5,206 bases of DNA from a virus: positions 1 to 5,206 of the IMG/VR virus record IMGVR_UViG_3300011982_000022; one strand, written 5' to 3'. A program made the position numbers and the translations under genes. Below the pieces are notes generated by a model. It was not told where the DNA came from and searched no databases. It worked only from the letters and a program-made list of their open reading frames with translations. Shown in pieces: positions 1-5,107 of the stretch. Positions within the stretch are counted from its first letter, which is position 1; each line of letters begins with the position of its first letter.

Positions 1-99
1 ATTCTTCCTCCAAAACTGAAATAATTTTATAATTACCTTTTACTTGCGCTTTTAATTCTCGAACCATCGGCGTAAGTATCTTGTAATTCCGTCTACCAA
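1..99. repeat. Terminal redundancy copy 1; identical to 5108-5206. Circular genome, unit length 5107 nt
   Basis: Direct comparison: window 1-99 (attcttcctccaaaactgaaataattttataattacc...gtctaccaa) is base-for-base identical to 5108-5206. Microviridae genomes are circular ssDNA, so this is most simply a linearisation/assembly overlap. Confidence 0.95.
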
Positions 100-160
100 G
101 TAAACGCAAAATACGTTTAATCAATTCTAAATCTTCAACAGGTACCATTACATAATCCAT
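1..160 (-). CDS. Hypothetical small protein, 53 aa (MDYVMVPVEDLELIKRILRLLGRRNYKILTPMVRELKAQVKGNYKIISVLEEE). Sense codons are 2-160; the stop codon TGA is formed across the circular junction (5106-5107 plus 1), i.e. 5106-5108 in the duplicated copy
   Basis: ATG at 160-158 preceded by AAGGAG (169-164) with a 6-nt spacer. Hand translation of the minus strand gives an uninterrupted 53-codon frame. Same strand as all other genes. Too short for the ORF track. The stop TGA overlaps the ATG of the next ORF (TGATG). Confidence 0.5.
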   Translation of the reverse strand, partial: MDYVMVPVEDLELIKRILRLLGRRNYKILTPMVRELKAQVKGNYKIISVLEEE

Positions 161-206
161 AAATCGCTCCTTATTCTGTCTATCTGATTTACATCCCATA
201 ATGTAT

Positions 207-235
207 AGTATGTCGCCAACTTTTTCATCTGTCAA
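207..235 (-). promoter_or_regulatory. Candidate sigma70-like promoter on the minus strand: TTGACA (235-230), 17-nt spacer, CATACT (212-207), upstream of the 53-aa ORF
   Basis: Perfect -35 hexamer TTGACA. The -10 candidate CATACT keeps the conserved A2 and T6. It lies in the 64-nt gap between the 46-aa and 53-aa ORFs. The -10 is weak, and TACTAT at a 19-nt spacing is the alternative. Confidence 0.2.
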
Positions 236-365
236 GTAATTTTTTTATAAACTTATAAAAAACTACACAAACAACAACCAAAAGCACTAACATTGCCAAC
301 GCCGAAAGCAAACCAGCAACATCCATTCTAGAATTCTGCACAACATCAACATCTCTAACACCCAT
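225..365 (-). CDS. Small single-pass membrane protein, 46 aa (MGVRDVDVVQNSRMDVAGLLSALAMLVLLVVVCVVFYKFIKKLLDR)
   Basis: ATG at 365-363 with GAGGT (372-376, overlapping the VP2 stop TGA) 6 nt upstream. The frame was verified codon by codon and stops at TGA 227-225. A 22-residue uninterrupted hydrophobic core (VAGLLSALAMLVLLVVVCVVFY) is followed by a basic tail (KFIKKLLDR). Not in the ORF track (below size cutoff). Confidence 0.55.
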   Translation of the reverse strand: MGVRDVDVVQNSRMDVAGLLSALAMLVLLVVVCVVFYKFIKKLLDR

Positions 366-374
366 TTCATTACC

Positions 375-1196
375 TCACTGCATTTGTTTAAGAATAGGAT
401 TCATCGCTTTTTCAAACCATTTATTACCAAAAAGACTATCAATCGCTTTATTTCCAAGACTTGCAAAACCTTTAGCAGCATTTCCAACTTCACCATAATT
501 ATAACGCGGGTTAATACCCGTTGCATAATACTTTTGTAAATCAACAAGCGTCATAACTCTTTCCATCTGCGCCGTAAGTATATCACTCGCAATTTTATCC
601 ATCTGCATCTTATACAGATTTCCGTGAATTTTGTTCAAGTCAACATTCGAACGGCTTAAACCTGAATTCGCACGATTTAAATCTTTCTGCGAGCCATAAA
701 ATGAAGCATCACGACGAGAAGCCTCTGCTCCAATTTCACGAGCTTGATACGCTCTCGCCAAATTATCAGCAATCTGGCTATCAACAGCCGTAGACTGCGC
801 GTCAAATAATTTTCCTTGCGATACCGCGCGAGAAGTATTCGCTTGAGCTTCCTGCGTCTCCGCTGAAAGTTTACGAATTTGAGCCAGATTCGTCAATGCC
901 GCAATCGCATTCATTGCAACATCCATCTTCGAAGCATCAACTTGAGGAGCCTGCACAGGAACCGAAACGCCGGCATTTGCAGCACTACCTGCAGCAAGCG
1001 TTTTAGATAAGCCGGCAGCTTCCAAATCGGCAACACGACGCTGCACCGCATTATCCTCACGAGCAAAAATCTGCTGTTGAATACCTTTATCATACTCCAT
1101 CTTTTGATGCTGTTGAACAGCATTATATATACTAATACCACTATTCACAGTACCAGAAATCGCACCTGCTATAATCTCTGCAATCGGAGCACCCAT
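375..1196 (-). CDS. VP2: VP2-like minor capsid / DNA pilot protein, 273 aa
   Basis: ORF track 375..1196. ATG at 1196 preceded by AAGGTGG (1209-1203) with a 6-nt spacer. Gly/Ala-rich N-terminus (MGAPIAEIIAGAISGTVNSG) followed by a long Gln/Ala/Asn-rich predicted coiled-coil region, the typical composition of microvirus H/VP2 pilot proteins. Located downstream of VP1. Confidence 0.8.
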   Translation of the reverse strand: MGAPIAEIIAGAISGTVNSGISIYNAVQQHQKMEYDKGIQQQIFAREDNAVQRRVADLEAAGLSKTLAAGSAANAGVSVPVQAPQVDASKMDVAMNAIAALTNLAQIRKLSAETQEAQANTSRAVSQGKLFDAQSTAVDSQIADNLARAYQAREIGAEASRRDASFYGSQKDLNRANSGLSRSNVDLNKIHGNLYKMQMDKIASDILTAQMERVMTLVDLQKYYATGINPRYNYGEVGNAAKGFASLGNKAIDSLFGNKWFEKAMNPILKQMQ

Positions 1197-1214
1197 CTTT
1201 TACCACCTTTCGGT

Positions 1215-1260
1215 GTCATCTAGCATTATACACAACAAGAAAGGGTTAATGCTAGATGAC
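1215..1260. promoter_or_regulatory. Hairpin H1: perfect 14-bp inverted repeat (1215-1228 gtcatctagcatta / 1247-1260 taatgctagatgac) with an 18-nt loop. The loop carries TATAAT on the minus strand (1230-1225). It ends 5 nt upstream of the VP2 SD
   Basis: Read directly: the reverse complement of 1247-1260 equals 1215-1228. It sits in the only sizeable intergenic region. Confidence 0.45.
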
Positions 1261-1274
1261 CAACTCAAATTGAA

Positions 1275-1308
1275 TTAGGGGAAAGGGGTTGCGCCCCCTT
1301 TCCCCTAA
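1275..1308 (-). terminator. Hairpin H2: perfect GC-rich 14-bp stem (1275-1288 ttaggggaaagggg / 1295-1308 cccctttcccctaa) with a 6-nt loop ttgcgc. Candidate intrinsic terminator after the VP4-VP1-scaffold transcript, or origin/packaging element
   Basis: Read directly. It lies 5 nt downstream of the scaffold-like ORF stop (1313-1315) on the mRNA strand. On the minus strand the stem is followed by UUCAAUUUG, an imperfect U-tract. Confidence 0.5.
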
Positions 1309-1312
1309 AACC

Positions 1313-1702
1313 TCATTTGCCGCTTTGACTCTCTTGAGGAACATCCGATTCACCTTTGACATCAGTGGATTGCTCCGTAGCGGCAATCGTTGCATCTTGC
1401 TGTGTCTCTATTTGTTTAGCAACATTTTGAGACATTCGCAATAATGCATCTCTTTGTGCCACTGCTGCATCCACAATGTCAAAATCTTCATCACGTGTTA
1501 AATCTTCAAGAGATTCATCAATCTCACCATCAAAATCATAAATACCAAGATTACGCACAAAATCAAGGCTTTTTCCTGCTTTCAAAAATCTATCAACCTG
1601 TTGCGCTACCGAGAGCGGACGAACAAGCTGAAAATCTGAAACTTTCTTCGCATCATAAACAGGATTGACCATCTTCCAAGTCGCTGTAGTTTGTTCTGTC
1701 AT
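1313..1702 (-). CDS. Acidic internal scaffolding-like protein (VP3-like), 129 aa from ATG 1702 (track ORF 1313..1714 uses a TTG 4 codons upstream)
   Basis: ATG at 1702-1700 preceded by GAGGTG (1712-1707). Stop TGA at 1315-1313. Strongly acidic (YDFDGEIDESLEDLTRDEDFDIVDAAV...), the size and charge expected of a gokushovirus VP3 scaffold. The TTG at 1714 overlaps the VP1 stop but is a less likely start. Confidence 0.65.
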   Translation of the reverse strand: MTEQTTATWKMVNPVYDAKKVSDFQLVRPLSVAQQVDRFLKAGKSLDFVRNLGIYDFDGEIDESLEDLTRDEDFDIVDAAVAQRDALLRMSQNVAKQIETQQDATIAATEQSTDVKGESDVPQESQSGK

Positions 1703-1710
1703 TTTACACC

Positions 1711-3498
1711 TCAATGATCAATAAGACCGGGAACGGGAATAAGCGGCATCGGACGCCACGCATCAACACGCGTCAAAATCTCGATCACCGCACAATTTTC
1801 ATCATGCACCGCGAAAATATCCTTACGAGGATAACAACGTATAAACGATGAGTTCAACTGCGGAGGATTCGCCGGATCAAATTGCCGAGCCAAATGCCAA
1901 TAACCATATTTTTTACGCATATCACCGCAAACCTGCGTTGTCTTTGCACGATATTCATCATACCGCCCTTGATAACCGAACAAACCGGCAGCACCATCAC
2001 CAAGCTGCGCAGGTGTCATAACCGACGGAGACGCAACCAATTCAGCTTCACGCACTTCCTGTTCAGATAAATTAGCAAACTCGGGAAGATAGAAATCATA
2101 CCGCGACCGTCGCAACATTTCACGATGAATACCTTGCGAACTAAACGACTGGTCCGGACGCAAAAAAGCAAGACCGATTACATAGCCATGTTCACGAGCG
2201 CTAAACTTTCCAACAAAATCACCACCAATCGAAACACCACGAGACGCTAAATTACCTTGCGGACTGTTCGAAACCGACGAAGATGTCTGAACAACCTCAT
2301 TAACCAATACAACCGATTTAGTACCTCCAATAAAATGCGGACGCTGGAGTGTATCATCATTCGGCGCTACACCAAACACAGACAAAAGACCTTCAACATA
2401 CCGAGCACCTCCACGCGCCATTCGCTCCATAAAACGTTGGGTTTGAAACATCAAACGCATATCCGATACATCCGCAAAACTTGACGATTCCAACGGAAAA
2501 CGAGAATAAGCTAAACGCTGAGGAACACCCTCAGGTTGCTTAGTAGTAGACACACGATTATTTGCTGGCAAAATATTCCCAGTATTATTAACTATAAGTT
2601 TTTGCTCAGTATCATTTATATAATTTGAATCAAAATCAGCATAATTTGAATTAAAAGTAGGAAATGGCGGATCTTCCATAAAAGCAGCATTAGCAGTACG
2701 TCTATGAAAACGTTCTAAATATAATCTTGCATTATCCACAGAAGTAGGAACCAATGTAAAACCAGGAGAACTCAAAGGCAAAGCAACCGGCTCACCACGC
2801 TGTTGCCACGGCAAAGACGATGTAAAATAATTTGAGGTCCACGTACACAAGAACAATCCCATATCATCGAGCTTTCGTTCATCTTCCAAGTTCTCATTTC
2901 GATAACATTCGTTGTAAATATAATTATACGCAATCAACGGAAAAGCAAGCGGACAATACGCCGAATAATCTGTATCCGCACCATTCTTTCCAACATCACT
3001 CAAATCTCCAAATCCAACAGACGTCGGAAATCCAAACGCATCCCAGAGCGAACCGACAGCATCAGCTTTTCCAGTTCGAGGAACAAGGGCGCCACTGACA
3101 ACTTTTGAACCAGAAATTCGAACATCATTTTTATTCGGAATCCAGAGGGGCAGGGTAGGGGTAATACCGGCTTCAGTTACTCCATCACCTTTCTTTCCGC
3201 CAAAAATAAAAGTCTCCCAACCTTTTGCAATTTCGGGAAACTTCTGCTGATACAATACACGAGAGGGAACATACCAGAAATGCGTTATAAACTTAATACC
3301 AGTCATCGGAACCGACACCATCGGTAAAAGCCGAACAAGCGCCGAAGCGCTTATTTTCAACACATCACCAGGAATAACTTCTCGGAAATATACAGGATGA
3401 ACTTCACCCATATCACAAGAATACATCTTATGATTATCCAAACGGAACCGCGACCGTTTCAAATGCCGAACAGGCACTTGTCCGAATACATCCATCAT
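1711..3498 (-). CDS. VP1: Major capsid protein VP1 (F-like jelly-roll), 595 aa
   Basis: ORF track. N-terminus RSRFRLDNHKMYSCDMGEVHPVYFREVIPGDVL matches the conserved gokushovirus VP1 start (RNRF.L...DMG.L.P...EVLPGD). AAGGAG is 4 nt upstream of the ATG. The ATG (3498-3496) overlaps the upstream ORF stop (ATGA). The size is typical of Gokushovirinae VP1. Confidence 0.93.
   Translation of the reverse strand: MMDVFGQVPVRHLKRSRFRLDNHKMYSCDMGEVHPVYFREVIPGDVLKISASALVRLLPMVSVPMTGIKFITHFWYVPSRVLYQQKFPEIAKGWETFIFGGKKGDGVTEAGITPTLPLWIPNKNDVRISGSKVVSGALVPRTGKADAVGSLWDAFGFPTSVGFGDLSDVGKNGADTDYSAYCPLAFPLIAYNYIYNECYRNENLEDERKLDDMGLFLCTWTSNYFTSSLPWQQRGEPVALPLSSPGFTLVPTSVDNARLYLERFHRRTANAAFMEDPPFPTFNSNYADFDSNYINDTEQKLIVNNTGNILPANNRVSTTKQPEGVPQRLAYSRFPLESSSFADVSDMRLMFQTQRFMERMARGGARYVEGLLSVFGVAPNDDTLQRPHFIGGTKSVVLVNEVVQTSSSVSNSPQGNLASRGVSIGGDFVGKFSAREHGYVIGLAFLRPDQSFSSQGIHREMLRRSRYDFYLPEFANLSEQEVREAELVASPSVMTPAQLGDGAAGLFGYQGRYDEYRAKTTQVCGDMRKKYGYWHLARQFDPANPPQLNSSFIRCYPRKDIFAVHDENCAVIEILTRVDAWRPMPLIPVPGLIDH
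2620..2661. repeat. Imperfect 21-nt tandem duplication inside VP1 (2620-2640 ataatttgaatcaaaatcagc / 2641-2661 ataatttgaattaaaagtagg; 17 of 21 identical), encoding the 7-aa repeat PTFNSNY/ADFDSNY
   Basis: Direct alignment of the two adjacent 21-mers. It lies in a visibly AT-rich island (about 2560-2700) of the VP1 gene. Confidence 0.6.
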
Positions 3499-3818
3499 TC
3501 AGCTCCTTGCGAAATCTGTTCCGCAGAAATAGGCTCAACCTCTGATTCAACCGAAGCATCTTCATCATACAAAACATCACACGCTTTCATTACTTCTTGA
3601 GGAATTATTTTTATATCTTCAGAAAAAACAATTCCCGTTTCTTCATCATAATCGCACATCGAAATCAACGAAAAATCATCCAACGAAATATTCTTTTGCT
3701 TTACCATAACACGATTCACCGTATCTGCAAAAATACGCTTCGCGACACCGTCATTCTTTGCATTGAACACATTTCCACACAATTCAGCAACCTTATCGTA
3801 AATACAATAGATTTTCAT
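3495..3818 (-). CDS. Hypothetical acidic protein, 107 aa, in the VP5 / protein-C position between the replication initiator and VP1
   Basis: ORF track. ATG at 3818 preceded by GAGGTG with a 5-nt spacer (GTGAGGTGTAAAAATG). It begins 2 nt after the VP4 stop, and its stop overlaps the VP1 start (ATGA at 3495-3498). The C-terminus is acidic (DEDASVESEVEPISAEQ). Confidence 0.75.
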   Translation of the reverse strand: MKIYCIYDKVAELCGNVFNAKNDGVAKRIFADTVNRVMVKQKNISLDDFSLISMCDYDEETGIVFSEDIKIIPQEVMKACDVLYDEDASVESEVEPISAEQISQGAE

Positions 3819-3820
3819 TT

Positions 3821-4690
3821 TTACACCTCACTATGTTTGTTATAAAGCGATATCTTTGAATTGACAGTCTGTTCACGCAATCGAGCATTTTTCCTACGCT
3901 CCGAAAGATAATACATGTATGCCATATCATAATCATTCTGATCAGACAGCGAAAACTCGGAACCAAACTTCGACGAAAAAATACGCGCAAAACGCAAAAA
4001 ATCTTCCTGCTCTTTATCACGCATCAATTCATTAAGCCGTTCCTTGTCCACATGGATTTTTTCTCGGTAATAACGAGGCAACGCCATCACATGCTTATCA
4101 ATTCGCACTAAACCGCTTTCCTTTAAAAAATCTGCATTCTCGATCGCAAAACCGAGACCTAAACCACGCGAACAAAGCGAGAAGGGCGGAGTAAGACCAT
4201 TTTCTTGATAATACGTCTTTCCAGACTTACCGTACAATTTTTTCTGCACATAGCCAGCAACATACCTACAACTATCATACGTTACCGATCCAATAGCTTT
4301 AGACGGCAAACACGCCCAATCTGCATACATCCACGCATTTTTAATTAACATTCTGTCAACCAAATCATTGGAATCCAGACCATATACTATTGCATGATAA
4401 TGTGGACGATGTGTTACATCACCATATTCACCAACCGCATAATATTTTATCTTGCGACCACCTAAAGACTTGCGTAATCGTTTGAAAAACAGCTGTACGT
4501 GCCTTTTACGTAGATTAGGCGGCAGATCTGCATCACGATATGTCAACGTGATAAACGCCGCACTTTTCCAATCTCTCAACTCAAACATTAAACGCATAGC
4601 CCATTGGTGAGACCGCATGATTTTACACGGCATGCAATGACCACAGGGCAGTGGAACACCGCCCTTATAAAAAGGGCGGACACAAACCAT
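3821..4690 (-). CDS. VP4: Rolling-circle replication initiation protein VP4 (HUH endonuclease, superfamily I; phiX174 gene A-like), 289 aa
   Basis: ORF track. Motif I FITLTY, motif II HYHAIVY, motif III YVAGYVQKK with two Tyr (compare phiX174 A YVAKYVNKK). N-terminal Cys cluster PCGHCMPC. The ATG at 4690 lies 2 nt after the stop of the Arg-rich peptide. Confidence 0.92.
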   Translation of the reverse strand: MVCVRPFYKGGVPLPCGHCMPCKIMRSHQWAMRLMFELRDWKSAAFITLTYRDADLPPNLRKRHVQLFFKRLRKSLGGRKIKYYAVGEYGDVTHRPHYHAIVYGLDSNDLVDRMLIKNAWMYADWACLPSKAIGSVTYDSCRYVAGYVQKKLYGKSGKTYYQENGLTPPFSLCSRGLGLGFAIENADFLKESGLVRIDKHVMALPRYYREKIHVDKERLNELMRDKEQEDFLRFARIFSSKFGSEFSLSDQNDYDMAYMYYLSERRKNARLREQTVNSKISLYNKHSEV

Positions 4691-4692
4691 AT

Positions 4693-4764
4693 TTACCTGC
4701 TGAAACCGCCTCTACGACGGCTATACTTCGTTATACGACGATGACGTCTTCGACGACGGCTCAC
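4693..4764 (-). CDS. Arginine-rich 23-aa peptide (M/V-SRRRRRHRRITKYSRRRGGFSR), GTG start. Candidate DNA-binding/packaging protein analogous to phiX174 J or gokushovirus VP8
   Basis: Hand translation of the minus strand: GTG at 4764-4762 preceded by a perfect GGAGG (4775-4771) with a 6-nt spacer, in-frame stop TAA at 4695-4693, and an upstream in-frame stop that bounds the ORF. 12 of 23 residues are Arg. Its GTG overlaps the TGA of the upstream 64-aa ORF (GTGA), and it ends 2 nt before the VP4 ATG. Not in the ORF track. Confidence 0.55.
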   Translation of the reverse strand: MSRRRRRHRRITKYSRRRGGFSR

Positions 4765-4955
4765 TTTTTACCTCCGGAAATCAATGAAACACCGGCTACC
4801 GTGCCAAAAATAGATTGCAATATTTTGACTGCAATATCAACGCCGCTATTGATGTGAGCAAGCGACTCGTTGCCCAAAACAATAGAGAGAGCGCAAAACA
4901 CAACAGCAAGAAAAAACATGAGCATTTTCACCCATTTATTCTTGAGAAATTCCAT
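4761..4955 (-). CDS. Small membrane protein, 64 aa (MEFLKNKWVKMLMFFLAVVFCALSIVLGNESLAHINSGVDIAVKILQSIFGTVAGVSLISGGKK), using the internal ATG of track ORF 4761..5024
   Basis: ATG at 4955-4953 has GGAGGT (4968-4963) with a 5-nt spacer. The track start at 5024 has no SD within range. Lys-rich N-terminus, then an 18-residue hydrophobic helix MLMFFLAVVFCALSIVLG, then a second weakly hydrophobic segment (IAVKILQSIFGTVAGVSLI). Confidence 0.6.
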   Translation of the reverse strand: MEFLKNKWVKMLMFFLAVVFCALSIVLGNESLAHINSGVDIAVKILQSIFGTVAGVSLISGGKK

Positions 4956-5106
4956 CTGAAACCTCCGTACCTTCAAAAACCTTCGCAACAACAGGCGAAC
5001 GATTTTGATTAAGCCAATCAACATAAGCCTGCGCCTTGTCTAAATCAGTGTAAGACCGACACCACGTTTGAAAGTCTTTCGACACCAACACAAAAAATAC
5101 CTTCAT
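4936..5106 (-). CDS. Hypothetical small protein, 56 aa (MKVFFVLVSKDFQTWCRSYTDLDKAQAYVDWLNQNRSPVVAKVFEGTEVSDGISQE)
   Basis: ATG at 5106-5104 preceded by a perfect GGAGG with a 7-nt spacer (ttGGAGGaagaatgATG). The ATG shares its A with the TGA stop of the 53-aa ORF (TGATG). The frame was verified by hand to TAA at 4938-4936, so its 3' end overlaps the SD and first 19 nt of the 64-aa membrane ORF in another frame. The sequence is non-repetitive and looks like a real protein. Not in the ORF track. Confidence 0.45.
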   Translation of the reverse strand: MKVFFVLVSKDFQTWCRSYTDLDKAQAYVDWLNQNRSPVVAKVFEGTEVSDGISQE

Positions 5107-5107
5107 C

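Noticed and set aside
288-370. Alternative 27-aa hydrophobic frame (MKWVLEMLMLCRILEWMLLVCFRRWQC) from ATG 370
   Set aside because: Its ATG is only 1 nt from the GAGGTA, too close for initiation. The same SD is ideally spaced for the 46-aa frame starting at 365, which is preferred.
911-1141. 76-aa minus-strand ORF nested inside VP2 in another frame
   Set aside because: It starts with GTG, has no SD, and is fully embedded in a much stronger gene. Most likely a chance open frame.
1278-1305. Possible G-quadruplex in hairpin H2 (GGGGAAAGGGG)
   Set aside because: Only two G-runs per strand. The perfect complementarity makes a duplex hairpin the obvious structure.
1712-1714. TTG start used by the ORF track for the scaffold-like gene
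   Set aside because: An ATG 4 codons downstream (1702) has a well-spaced GAGGTG, so the TTG codon is more likely part of the SD and spacer region.
3793-4020. 75-aa minus-strand ORF overlapping the VP4 3' end and the start of the 107-aa ORF
   Set aside because: No ribosome-binding site, Cys/Arg/Ile-rich odd composition, and completely overlapped by two better-supported genes.
4204-4214. CTTGATAATAC, resembling the phiX174 origin core CTTGATATTAATAAC
   Set aside because: It lies on the window plus strand, antisense to the genes, whereas Rep nicks the viral mRNA-sense strand. It is a short match inside VP4 coding sequence and probably coincidental.
1444-5012. All eight plus-strand ORFs in the track (1444..1668, 1882..2070, 2257..2484, 2832..3098, 3397..3600, 3597..3845, 4651..4857, 4815..5012)
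   Set aside because: Each lies antisense to a well-supported minus-strand gene, has no SD within range of its ATG, and shows skewed composition (His/Arg/Thr/Asn-rich, as expected when reading the reverse of real codons). No microvirus is known to code on both strands.
4956-5024. Upstream ATG (5024) extending the membrane ORF to 87 aa
   Set aside because: Only a weak AAGG 11 nt away, whereas the internal ATG 4955 has GGAGGT at 5 nt. The extension would also run across the 56-aa ORF.
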